Positions 10,055 to 18,252 of a stretch of DNA of 64,000 bases are shown one piece after another. A model generated the notes under the pieces. It did no database searches, was not told the DNA's origin, and was given only the letters and a program-made list of their open reading frames with translations. A program made the translations under genes and the position numbers. Source of the stretch: an uncultured Clostridia bacterium (GTDB taxonomy: Bacteria > Bacillota > Clostridia > Christensenellales > UBA1242); NCBI GenBank assembly GCA_947649575.1, contig CANSRZ010000004.1, positions 71,569 to 135,568 of the forward strand, given 5' to 3'. How positions within the stretch are numbered: the stretch's first letter is position 1; each line of letters starts with the position of its first letter.

Positions 10055-10067
10055 TAGAATAAAAGTC

Positions 10068-10096
10068 TTGATATTTGTAATGCTTTGTGTTATAAT
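10068..10096 (+). promoter_or_regulatory. sigma-A type promoter for the 10118 small ORF / 10262 gene
   Basis: TTGATA (10068-73), 17-nt spacer, TGtTATAAT extended -10 (10088-96). Confidence 0.65.
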
Positions 10097-10117
10097 ATTC
10101 TTATAAGGAGTTTTTTG

Positions 10118-10258
10118 ATGGCTAACATTTTGAATGATATTTTGACAATTTTGGCACAAAATCCTGATTTTGTTAAACAGCTTCATTATGAAGAGCTTGA
10201 GGCTCTTATAGTTTCTGCCAGTGAGGCTGAAAAATCTAATAAACAAAGGAGAAATTGA
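10118..10258 (+). CDS. small hypothetical protein (46 aa), below ORF-track cutoff
   Basis: ATG preceded by AAGGAG (10105-10110). Hand translation: MANILNDILTILAQNPDFVKQLHYEELEALIVSASEAEKSNKQRRN. The stop is 3 nt before the next ATG, and an RBS for that gene (AAGGAGA) lies inside its 3' end. Confidence 0.45.
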   Translation: MANILNDILTILAQNPDFVKQLHYEELEALIVSASEAEKSNKQRRN

Positions 10259-10261
10259 TTT

Positions 10262-10924
10262 ATGTTAGATAGAAAGGCAACTAATCTTGAAGAAGCAAAT
10301 TTGGACGAACAATTTTTGAAAGTTTACAGCAATCTTGTTGCTGGAAATTGGTCATTCGATGAATTTTTTGACAAATATTACAACAAAAATTTTACTTATA
10401 AAAAAATTGCTGAAAAATTGCAAGGGAAAAGAGCTTTGAAACATATTTTTGTTAAAAAGATTTTGGATTATTATGACGCATTAGATTCAGTTTATATCAC
10501 GCAAGCGCAAGTGGATTTTATTGCAGATAAATCTATTAAACTTAAATTTAGCGATTTTAATACAGACACAAGAAGCACTCTTGCAATGTGTGATGATAAG
10601 GATTATATTGATATTAGTCATAATGTTTATAAAAAATTGGGATTGCTGCAAACTGGATTTGACCGCAGAGGCAGTTATTTGGCTTACGTTGTTGACGGGC
10701 AGCGCAAAAACGTTGACGATGATGTGCTTGATCAAGCTTTGGCATATGCAAAAAGCAAGAATATCTATCGTTGCAATTACACAATTTCTAAACTTGCAAA
10801 AGAAATTGTTTGTGGCAATATAGATTATTCAGAAGAGACTCAACAAGAAATGGCCGAAATGCAAAAAACTGTTTTAGAAATGGTACAAGAAAGTCAAGTA
10901 TCAGAAACACAACAACAAAATTAA
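10262..10924 (+). CDS. hypothetical protein (220 aa)
   Basis: Intact ORF, coupled to the preceding small ORF, followed by a terminator. No recognisable motif. Confidence 0.55.
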   Translation: MLDRKATNLEEANLDEQFLKVYSNLVAGNWSFDEFFDKYYNKNFTYKKIAEKLQGKRALKHIFVKKILDYYDALDSVYITQAQVDFIADKSIKLKFSDFNTDTRSTLAMCDDKDYIDISHNVYKKLGLLQTGFDRRGSYLAYVVDGQRKNVDDDVLDQALAYAKSKNIYRCNYTISKLAKEIVCGNIDYSEETQQEMAEMQKTVLEMVQESQVSETQQQN

Positions 10925-10955
10925 AAATATCACGGAATTTCCGTGATATTTTTTT
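10925..10955. terminator. bidirectional terminator between the 10262 gene and the convergent ytxH-like gene
   Basis: AAATATCACGG-AATT-TCCGTGATATTT followed by a T run. Confidence 0.8.
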
Positions 10956-11193
10956 ATTTTTTTGCGCTTGTTGCACTTTGCATTTGCTTTTTGATAGCAT
11001 TATTACCTTTCTTGATTGTTTTTGCTACCTTTTCAGCACCTTGCTCTGCTTTTTGTCCAATCTTTTCGGCTTCTTTCATGACGGTCTTCTCTCCATTATC
11101 CATCATTTTTTTAGCATCCTGGCTATGTTTGTATAGCATTGCGCCTGTGATAAGTCCTAAACCGAACCCTGCAAGCATAAAAATATCTTTCAT
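10954..11193 (-). CDS. YtxH-like general stress protein
   Basis: 79 aa. N-terminal hydrophobic segment FMLAGFGLGLITGAML, then a K/E/A-rich helical tail, as in the YtxH family. The antisense ORFs 10810..11136 and 10943..11218 are shadows. Confidence 0.6.
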   Translation of the reverse strand: MKDIFMLAGFGLGLITGAMLYKHSQDAKKMMDNGEKTVMKEAEKIGQKAEQGAEKVAKTIKKGNNAIKKQMQSATSAKK

Positions 11194-11346
11194 TTTGCCT
11201 CCTTTAACCTATCCTTAGGTTGTGCAGAATTTGTGATTTTATACATGTTGGTCTATTATTTTTGTTATTATAATCCATATTTCTTCGTAGCTCAGACCAT
11301 TCCCCGTGGAAACGAAAAAAAAGTTTTAATTTTCTTTCTCAAAAAG

Positions 11347-11374
11347 TTGACACGGGGGGGGGATTTGCTATACT
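11347..11374 (+). promoter_or_regulatory. consensus promoter with a G9 homopolymer in the spacer
   Basis: TTGACA (11347-52), 16-nt spacer containing GGGGGGGGG (11354-62), TATACT (11369-74). Lies upstream of the GLUG-repeat surface protein gene. Confidence 0.6.
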
Positions 11375-11437
11375 GATTTTGAAAATCAATATAGATTTTT
11401 AGTTATACTCAAATATTTAGTAAATACTGTAAAATAA

Positions 11438-11466
11438 TTGACTTTTGATATTAAAAATTATACAAT
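11438..11466 (+). promoter_or_regulatory. second candidate promoter upstream of the GLUG-repeat gene
   Basis: TTGACT (11438-43), 17-nt spacer, TACAAT (11461-66). Confidence 0.5.
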
Positions 11467-11564
11467 TTACTTATATTTTGAGTAAAAGTAAAAGCTTGCT
11501 AGATGACACCTTTGCTATGACTAAAAAGTGCATGCTTGCACATATTAACAAAGGAGAGTTTGTT

Positions 11565-14285
11565 ATGAAAGAAAAAAGCAAAAAACTCACGAAAATTGGG
11601 AAAATTTGGATGACGATTGTTTCTGCCGCATGTGTTTTAACTCTTGTTTTTGGCTTGACTTTTGGGCTTGGAAATTTTTTTGATAAGTTGCCAGAAAATG
11701 AGGAGGATTCAATTGGTGGGCCAACAAATTCTACATTTTGGGACGCAGATATCAGTCAGGTAGACACTGATTGGGAAGGCAATGGCACTCAAAATGACCC
11801 ATGGCTTATTTCTAGCGCAGAGGAACTTGCTGGTCTGGCTTATACAATTTCGCAAAACACAGCATCTGCAAACGATAAATACGCAGAAGGCGATGCAACT
11901 TATTTTTATAGCGGTAAATATTTTAAGTTAACAAATGATGTAGATTTGTCCAAATATTACTGGCGACCAATTGGAGTGCAGGGCAAGAATACGTCATTTG
12001 GGCAAAGTGCAGTAACTCCTTGTTATTTTTCTGGGATGTTTGACGGAGATTATCACATGATTACTGGCATGTTTGCAAGCAATAGTGATATAAGTGGAAG
12101 CGGTTATATGAATGGAGTAGGTTTGTTTGGCTCTGTGAGCGGATATTTTTTGCCGTCTGGCGATGTAATTTCAACTACAATAGAAAATATAAAACTTGAC
12201 AAATCTGAAAGTGCCAATGGACAGGGCTATTATACGGGAGGTATTATTGGATTTGCTTCAAGTCTTACAAATGTTCTAAATTGTAGCAGTAATGCTCAAG
12301 TTGGTGCAGGAGCTTGTGTAGGGGGTATTGTTGGTGGTGGTTCAGCAACTCTTACTGTTAAAAATTGTTATAATTCTGGAAATGTTACAAACTTGGGACC
12401 TAATGGTGGTGGAATTATTGGTATGGTAGGTGCTGCATGTACAATTGAAAATTGTTATAATACTGGTACAATAGATTCTTCAAATGGTGGAGGCGGAGGG
12501 TTGGTTGGTAATAGTGGTATTGTTTATATGAAAAATAGTTATAACTTTGGCACGTTGAGATACTATTCAACTGCAGGTGGTTTGGTTGGAACTTGCTCAA
12601 CTGGAAGTATTACAAATTCATATAATATTGGCTCTTTAGTTAATGGTTCTGCATCAACTGCAACTAACATTGGGCAATTGATTGGCTCAGTTGCGCTTTC
12701 AATAACTCTTTCAAAAGTGTATTATAAAAGCGGTACTGCAATTGGAAGCGGTACTGGCTCAGCTATTGCAAAAAGCGATTTGGCAACTGTTGCTAAGAAT
12801 AAAAGTTTTTATACCACTCAATCAAATTGGGACAGTTCATCTCCTTGGGATTTTGATAATGTTTGGGCAATTGATGGCTCTTTGAATGATGGCTATCCTG
12901 TGTTTATTTGGCAAGTGCCAATTACAAAATGGACTCAGGTTGCAGACATGTCTTATGAAACTTTAAATGAAGGAACTGAAGCAAACCCTTATATAATTGA
13001 CACGCCTGAAAAGTTGGCTGGGATTGCTAAATACGTAAACAGCGGTTATGAAATAAGTAAAAATACCACTTATGCTGGCAAATACTTTAAGCAAACTGCA
13101 AACATACGTTTGGGTCAATATGATTGGGAAGCTATTGGATATTTTGGAATGTATTCTTATTTTGCAGGCACTTATGACGGCAACGGATACAAAATCTCTG
13201 GGTTGCATGTAAACACAAGCAAGCTATTTCAAGGATTGTTTGGTGTTTTAGGTGGTGGTGGAATAATCAAAAATGTTACTTTAGAGAATTCTGAGATAAT
13301 TGCGACAGGCGGTTATACAGGTGCTATTGTTGGCTGGTGTGATAATCGTAATACAGTTAAGAACTGCAGAGTTATGTCGACTGTGTCAATCACAGGAGGA
13401 GGAAGTCATATAGGCGGAATTGTTGGGGCTTCAGGTCCGGGCGGTATACAAGAAATATCTAATTGTGAAAATTATGCTTCAATAAAACAAACGTCAAACG
13501 CTGCAATTTATGTTGGCGGAATATCTGGTATGGTGCAGGGGAGCGTCAATGTTATAAATTGTGTAAACTATGGCAATGTGACAAGTGCTGGTGATTACGT
13601 AGGCGGAATTTATGGTTATACACCTGGAGGTAAGGTTGAAAATTGTGTTAATCATGGCAATATAACTGGCAAAAATCATGTTGGTGGCATTTCTGGAGGT
13701 GATTCAGTCGATACAACTATCACAAATTGCATAAACAATGGAATAATAACGGGAATAGAATTCGTTGGCGGAATAGTTGGGAATATGGGGAGGTGTAAAA
13801 TTATTAACTGTATTTCTTCTGGTAATCTTATTGGCGACAAATATGTTGGAGGAATAGCGGGAACTCAGCCAATTGGAATACGCTCTGATCCAACTGAAAA
13901 TCCAAAGTCTACTGGAGAAATTAAAAATTGTTTAGCAACTGGTTTCATCAAATATAACGGCGATGACCTTGCATTTGCTGGAACTTTGGTTGGATATGTT
14001 CAAGATTCTGTTAGCGGTTTTATAGTTACAAATTGTGCTTTTTATGGTTCTAGTAACAAAGACCTTGGCATGTTTGCAAAAGCAACTGCCAGTGCTATGA
14101 CATTTGATTCTTGTTATAGTGATTGTCAACGGGTTAAACAATATTCAAGCGGTGATTTTGCTGGATTTGGTATTGTTGACGGATTAAACGACGGATATCC
14201 TGTTCAAAAGGAGTTATTCTGGGCGGCGGAGTTTGCGCCTGCTTTGGACGTGGCAAGTTATTTTGCTGGCTGGACAAAAATCTAA
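11565..14285 (+). CDS. large secreted/cell-surface protein with GLUG-motif repeats
   Basis: Start moved from the track's 11445 to the ATG at 11565 (MKEKSKKLTKIGKIW..), preceded by AAGGAG. N-terminal TM/signal segment. Many repeats of the GGIIG / VGGIVG / GGLVG type (GLUG motif) in two blocks. Confidence 0.7.
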   Translation: MKEKSKKLTKIGKIWMTIVSAACVLTLVFGLTFGLGNFFDKLPENEEDSIGGPTNSTFWDADISQVDTDWEGNGTQNDPWLISSAEELAGLAYTISQNTASANDKYAEGDATYFYSGKYFKLTNDVDLSKYYWRPIGVQGKNTSFGQSAVTPCYFSGMFDGDYHMITGMFASNSDISGSGYMNGVGLFGSVSGYFLPSGDVISTTIENIKLDKSESANGQGYYTGGIIGFASSLTNVLNCSSNAQVGAGACVGGIVGGGSATLTVKNCYNSGNVTNLGPNGGGIIGMVGAACTIENCYNTGTIDSSNGGGGGLVGNSGIVYMKNSYNFGTLRYYSTAGGLVGTCSTGSITNSYNIGSLVNGSASTATNIGQLIGSVALSITLSKVYYKSGTAIGSGTGSAIAKSDLATVAKNKSFYTTQSNWDSSSPWDFDNVWAIDGSLNDGYPVFIWQVPITKWTQVADMSYETLNEGTEANPYIIDTPEKLAGIAKYVNSGYEISKNTTYAGKYFKQTANIRLGQYDWEAIGYFGMYSYFAGTYDGNGYKISGLHVNTSKLFQGLFGVLGGGGIIKNVTLENSEIIATGGYTGAIVGWCDNRNTVKNCRVMSTVSITGGGSHIGGIVGASGPGGIQEISNCENYASIKQTSNAAIYVGGISGMVQGSVNVINCVNYGNVTSAGDYVGGIYGYTPGGKVENCVNHGNITGKNHVGGISGGDSVDTTITNCINNGIITGIEFVGGIVGNMGRCKIINCISSGNLIGDKYVGGIAGTQPIGIRSDPTENPKSTGEIKNCLATGFIKYNGDDLAFAGTLVGYVQDSVSGFIVTNCAFYGSSNKDLGMFAKATASAMTFDSCYSDCQRVKQYSSGDFAGFGIVDGLNDGYPVQKELFWAAEFAPALDVASYFAGWTKI

Positions 14286-14323
14286 TGTTTTGACAAGATT
14301 TGCAAGGAAATTATTTAAAAACC

Positions 14324-14352
14324 TTGCAAATCTTGTTTTTTTGTGTTATAAT
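14324..14352 (+). promoter_or_regulatory. promoter of the SRP RNA gene
   Basis: TTGCAA (14324-29), 17-nt spacer, TATAAT (14347-52). Confidence 0.7.
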
Positions 14353-14356
14353 CATA

Positions 14357-14631
14357 AAACCGAGCTAGACGGAGAGTTAGCGGTGCTCTGTAACCTACAA
14401 TCCGCTATAGTAGGGTTGACGATTTGCTTCGGTTTAAATTTTTTGAATATGTGTGATGTTATTTAATGTTGAAGTCAAGGTCTTATGCAATTAAAATTCA
14501 TGAACCAGGTCAGAGCTTGACGGCAGCATCCTTAAGTGAACACTTTAGTGTGCCATAAGGTAGCTTTGGTGGAGTTAAATAATGTCAAGGCAGTCAGGGA
14601 ATTTTTATCAACGCAAATCGCTCGGTTTTGA
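14357..14631 (+). ncRNA. ffs: signal recognition particle RNA, large Bacillus type (scRNA)
   Basis: AGCGGTGCTCTGTAACCTACAATCCGCTATAGTAGGG matches the Alu-domain of B. subtilis scRNA. TCATGAACCAGGTCAG..GACGGCAGCATCCTTAAGTGAA matches domain IV. The 5' end AAAACCGAGC pairs with the 3' end GCTCGGTTTT. Ends are approximate. Confidence 0.85.
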
Positions 14632-14638
14632 AAATTCA

Positions 14639-14681
14639 AGGCAGTCAAAAGGCTGTCTTTTTTGTGCCTTAGGCACCTTTT
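14639..14681 (+). terminator. two short hairpins with T runs downstream of SRP RNA
   Basis: AGGCAG..CTGTCT followed by TTTTTT, then GTGCC-TTA-GGCAC followed by CTTTTATT. Confidence 0.5.
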
Positions 14682-14714
14682 ATTGTTGCACGACTATAAA
14701 ATTAAAAATAACTA

Positions 14715-14742
14715 TTGACAAATAAAAAAATTATGATAAAAT
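14715..14742 (+). promoter_or_regulatory. promoter for the 14773 gene
   Basis: TTGACA (14715-20), 16-nt spacer, TGaTAAAAT (14734-42). Confidence 0.6.
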
Positions 14743-14772
14743 ATAAGTGAAAATAAATTCAAGGAGAAAATT

Positions 14773-15219
14773 ATGTTTTTAAAAGAAGGCGAAAAAAGAT
14801 TTGTACTTATTAAAAGTGTTGACCAATTGTATGAAATTTTAAGGCCTGCATTTGTAGGATATGGGGTTGAGAAAAAAGATTTTATAGCAGATGAGACAGA
14901 TGTTGATGGCTGTTTCACTGATAATAGAGATTTTAAAAAGATACAAGAATGTGGGTGTCTTATTAAAAGACCACATGCTTATTGTGTTGTAGTAAATGAT
15001 TTTTGTGTAGTAAATATTTATGGTGACCAAGAAGATAAATTTGTTACTAGGGTCTTAAGAAAAGGGCTTGTTAAAACTGAAGGCAAAAAAGCGGTAAAAT
15101 TGTTGCGTGAATACAAAACAAGAGAAAGAGTTGACCCTGATATGCAATGTTATTATGCAATGGTTGGAATTACAGACCCACTTGAACTATATAAAGAAGA
15201 TACAACTGAAAATGAATAG
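14773..15219 (+). CDS. hypothetical protein (148 aa)
   Basis: Intact ORF with AAGGAGA RBS. No recognisable motif. Confidence 0.5.
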   Translation: MFLKEGEKRFVLIKSVDQLYEILRPAFVGYGVEKKDFIADETDVDGCFTDNRDFKKIQECGCLIKRPHAYCVVVNDFCVVNIYGDQEDKFVTRVLRKGLVKTEGKKAVKLLREYKTRERVDPDMQCYYAMVGITDPLELYKEDTTENE

Positions 15220-15248
15220 ATTTCATTTTTAAAAAGTAAATAAAATTT

Positions 15249-15298
15249 AAAACAAACCTTTCGACAACTTTGAAAAAAGCTTAGAAAGGTTTGTTTTT
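15249..15298. terminator. hairpin terminator between the 14773 gene and ung
   Basis: AAAACAAACCTTTC ... GAAAGGTTTGTTTTT, 14-bp stem with a long loop. Confidence 0.6.
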
Positions 15299-15335
15299 AT
15301 TTTTCTTTTGTTTCTTTTCTTTAAAAGAAAAGAAA
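15299..15335 (-). repeat. hairpin repeat family, solo copy (TTTTCTTTTG + TTTCTTTTCTTT-AA-AAGAAAAGAAA), directly 3' of ung
   Basis: Same unit as 7648..7683 in the opposite orientation on the + strand. Relative to ung (minus strand) it lies just after the stop, in the same way as the other A-orientation copies. Confidence 0.75.
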
Positions 15336-15343
15336 TCTAAAAT

Positions 15344-16003
15344 TTATTCCCAGTTTATAGGTTGTTCGTCATGTTTGACTAAAAAGTCGTTGCATTTGGA
15401 AAAATGCTTGCAACCGAAGAAACCACGATAAGATGAGAGCGGGCTTGGATGAGGCGCTTTGAGGACTAAGTGATGACTTGGTATTTGCGGAGCAAAGGCT
15501 TGTGCGTTTGAGCCCCAAAGAAGAAATACGATTGGCTTTTCGCGCTTAGCAAGGAGGTTTATCACTGCGCTTGTGAACTCTTCCCAGCCATGGCCTCGGT
15601 GAGAGTTTGCTTGATGAGCGCGAACGGTTAGTGTGGTGTTGAGTAGCAGTACTCCTTGTTTTGCCCAGCGTGACAAATTGCCAGAATTGATTGGCTCTAT
15701 GCCGAGGTCGTCATGGATTTCCTTAAAAATATTTACAAGGCTTGGCGGAATAATAAAATCGTCTGGCACTGAGAAAGAAAGCCCTTGTGCTTGACCTGGT
15801 TCGTGATAAGGGTCTTGACCAATGATTACAACTTTGACATCATCATATGAAGTGAAGTTCAGGGCATTGAAAATATTCTCCATTGACGGATAAATTGTTC
15901 GCGTGGCATACTCGTCATCCAAAAATGCTTGCAAATTTTTGAAATATGGCTTGTCAAATTCTGGCTTTAAAAGTTCAAACCAATTCTTTTTGATTTTTAT
16001 CAT
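15344..16003 (-). CDS. ung: uracil-DNA glycosylase
   Basis: Motifs GQDPYH and HPSPLS. Start placed at the second ATG (MIKIKKNWFELL), which has an AAGGAAA RBS; the track starts at 16024. Confidence 0.93.
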   Translation of the reverse strand: MIKIKKNWFELLKPEFDKPYFKNLQAFLDDEYATRTIYPSMENIFNALNFTSYDDVKVVIIGQDPYHEPGQAQGLSFSVPDDFIIPPSLVNIFKEIHDDLGIEPINSGNLSRWAKQGVLLLNTTLTVRAHQANSHRGHGWEEFTSAVINLLAKREKPIVFLLWGSNAQAFAPQIPSHHLVLKAPHPSPLSSYRGFFGCKHFSKCNDFLVKHDEQPINWE

Positions 16004-16125
16004 ATGTTTTCCTTTTATATGCAAAGTTTAGCATATTTGCATATTCTCAGTCAAGCGAAAATATTTTTTTAATTTTGGCTTGTAAAAATTTTGAGTTTGT
16101 GATATAATTAAAATAAGGAGAGGTT

Positions 16126-16464
16126 ATGGAAAAGAAAGATTATCCAGAGTTGAAATATGATTTATTATACAAAACCGAAAGAGAACTTATGAACAAAGAG
16201 GCAGTGCCAGATAAGAATAAGTTTAAGGCAATAACTGAGAAATTGGGTTATGTGTTGGCGTTGCAAGACGCATGCAAAACTGGACAGTGTCTTGTTGACA
16301 GTGCAAGTGACTCAAAATCTAAATTGAACAGAATGGCAGAACTTAAACAAACTGAGTCCCTTTATCAAGACACATTAAAGGCAGCTTATGATGTTTTGTG
16401 CGAAAATGGTGGCAAAGATATTTACGCCAATCTTTTGCAAGAGGCAAATAAAGAACAAGAATAA
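16126..16464 (+). CDS. hypothetical protein (112 aa)
   Basis: Intact ORF with AAGGAGAGG RBS. No recognisable motif. Confidence 0.5.
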   Translation: MEKKDYPELKYDLLYKTERELMNKEAVPDKNKFKAITEKLGYVLALQDACKTGQCLVDSASDSKSKLNRMAELKQTESLYQDTLKAAYDVLCENGGKDIYANLLQEANKEQE

Positions 16465-16500
16465 AAAGTGGCATTTAGTCACTTTTTTTGTTGTTTTGTT

Positions 16501-16528
16501 TTGATATTTCTGCGTTTTGGGTTATAAT
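16501..16528 (+). promoter_or_regulatory. promoter for the IscU-like/GGGtGRT operon
   Basis: TTGATA (16501-06), 16-nt spacer, TATAAT (16523-28). Confidence 0.6.
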
Positions 16529-16548
16529 TTTAGCGGAGGAATTATTTT

Positions 16549-17217
16549 ATGAGTTGTCCTAAAAATATTAAAGGGTTTGGACCTAGCCCTATTCCTGAGG
16601 AAGCAAAATGGGTTCAGAGTAAAGAAATTACGCAGATTTCTGGATTTTCTCACGGGTGCGGAAAGTGCGCGCCTCAGCAAGGCACTTGCAAACTGACTTT
16701 GAATGTTAAAAACGGCATCATCAAAGAAGCCCTTGTGGAAACAATCGGTTGCAGTGGCATGACTCATTCAGCGGCTATGGCGGCTGAAATCTTGCCTGGA
16801 AAAACATTGCTTGAAGCTTTAAACACTGACCTTGTTTGCGACGCTATCAATGATGCTATGAAAAACATCTTTTTGCAACTGGTTTATGGTCGCAGTCAAT
16901 CGGCATTCTCTGAGGGCGGGCTTGAAATCGGTGCAGGCTTAGAAGACCTCGGCAAAAACTTGACTAGCAGCGTTGCCACAGTTTATTCAAGAGAAGATAC
17001 AGGGACAAGATATTTAAATCTTACTGAGGGATACATCACAAAGCAGGCACTTGACGAGAATGGCGAAATTATTGGCTATGAATATGTTTCAATCGGCGCA
17101 CTTATGAACCTCTTAAAAGATGAAAATGTTGACGTGAAAGAGGCTATCAAAAAATCAACAAAGCGTTATGGCAGATTTGACGAAGCGGTCACTGTGATTG
17201 ACCCAAGGAGGGATTAA
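16549..17217 (+). CDS. IscU/NifU N-terminal-like domain protein with C-terminal extension
   Basis: GCGKCAP..., KEALVETIGCSGMTHSAAMAAEILPGKTLLEALN parallels the IscU pattern (FKTFGC..AIASS...KGKT..EA). Coupled to the downstream GGGtGRT gene. Confidence 0.6.
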   Translation: MSCPKNIKGFGPSPIPEEAKWVQSKEITQISGFSHGCGKCAPQQGTCKLTLNVKNGIIKEALVETIGCSGMTHSAAMAAEILPGKTLLEALNTDLVCDAINDAMKNIFLQLVYGRSQSAFSEGGLEIGAGLEDLGKNLTSSVATVYSREDTGTRYLNLTEGYITKQALDENGEIIGYEYVSIGALMNLLKDENVDVKEAIKKSTKRYGRFDEAVTVIDPRRD

Positions 17218-17219
17218 TT

Positions 17220-18215
17220 ATGGATTATGTTACAAAATATATCGCTATTAAAGACGCACTTAATCAATATGGAATGAAAGACCTTGACGAAGCAAAAAAG
17301 ATTTGTCTTGACAATGGAATTGATGTTGAAAGTATTGTTAAAGGCGTTCAGCCAATCTGTTTTGAAAACGCTGTTAAGGCTTACGAACTCGGCACAGCAA
17401 TTGCAATCAAGAGCGGAGTAATATCTGCTTGCGAATGTGCTGAAAAAATAGGTGAGGGATTGCAAGCATTCTGCGTGAAAGGCTCGGTTGCTGATGACCG
17501 CCAAATTGGATTAGGTCATGGCAGGCTTGCTTCAAGACTTTTGGATGAAAAAACAAAATCTTTTGCATTCCTCGCTGGGCATGAATCTTTTGCAGCAGCA
17601 GAGGGGGCTATGGGAATTGTCCGCACTGCAAACAAAGTTAGAACAACTCCTCTTAATGTTATATTGAACGGACTTGGCAAAGACGCAGCATATATTATTG
17701 CAAGAATAAACGGCTTCACTTTTGTGCAAACAGAATACGACCACTATACGGGCGAACTTAAAATTGTCAAAGAGATACCTTTCTCAAAAACTGAGAAAGC
17801 AAACGTAAAAGTTTATGGTGCTTATGACGTTCCAGAGGGCGTTGCAATTATGCAGCACGAAAAAGTTGACGTTTCTATTACAGGCAATTCAACAAACCCA
17901 GTACGTTTCCAACATCCAGTTGCAGGCACTTACAAAAAGTGGTGCAATGAAAACGGAAGAAACTATTTTTCAGTTGCCTCAGGTGGCGGAACAGGCAGAA
18001 CTCTTCATCCAGACAATATGGCAGCAGGGCCTGCAAGTTATGGCTTGACTGACACTATGGGAAGAATGCACTGTGATGTTCAGTTTGCAGGTTCTTCATC
18101 AGTGCCAGCGCATGTTGCAATGATGGGCTTTATTGGCATGGGCAACAATCCAATTGTTGGTGCAACGGTGGCTCTTGCTGTTGCAGTTGCAACAAGCCCA
18201 AGCGTTCAGCATTAA
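17220..18215 (+). CDS. GGGtGRT family protein (function unknown)
   Basis: Contains the eponymous SGGGTGRTLHPDNMAAGPASYG motif. About 330 aa, as in that family. Confidence 0.8.
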   Translation: MDYVTKYIAIKDALNQYGMKDLDEAKKICLDNGIDVESIVKGVQPICFENAVKAYELGTAIAIKSGVISACECAEKIGEGLQAFCVKGSVADDRQIGLGHGRLASRLLDEKTKSFAFLAGHESFAAAEGAMGIVRTANKVRTTPLNVILNGLGKDAAYIIARINGFTFVQTEYDHYTGELKIVKEIPFSKTEKANVKVYGAYDVPEGVAIMQHEKVDVSITGNSTNPVRFQHPVAGTYKKWCNENGRNYFSVASGGGTGRTLHPDNMAAGPASYGLTDTMGRMHCDVQFAGSSSVPAHVAMMGFIGMGNNPIVGATVALAVAVATSPSVQH

Positions 18216-18220
18216 TATAT

Positions 18221-18252
18221 AAAAACTCACCAATAAAATAGGTGAGTTTTTT
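18221..18252. terminator. bidirectional terminator between the GGGtGRT gene and the CBS gene
   Basis: AAAAACTCACC-AATAAAATA-GGTGAGTTTTTT. Confidence 0.8.

Noticed and set aside
11281-11315. tRNA-like string GTAGCTCAGACC upstream of the GLUG gene.
   Set aside because: No acceptor stem, anticodon arm or T-loop (GTTCGA-type) can be built around it. It is not a tRNA.
12100-13900. Periodic DNA repeats in the GLUG gene that might be mistaken for a repeat array or CRISPR.
   Set aside because: The periodicity is at the protein level (GGIIG/GGLVG motifs) inside one continuous ORF. There are no identical direct repeats separated by unique spacers.
14685-14696. The 12-mer TGTTGCACGACT is shared between 14685 and the left arm of the 19385 element.
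   Set aside because: Exact 12-mer repeats are expected by chance many times in 64 kb, and there is no extended similarity around the match.
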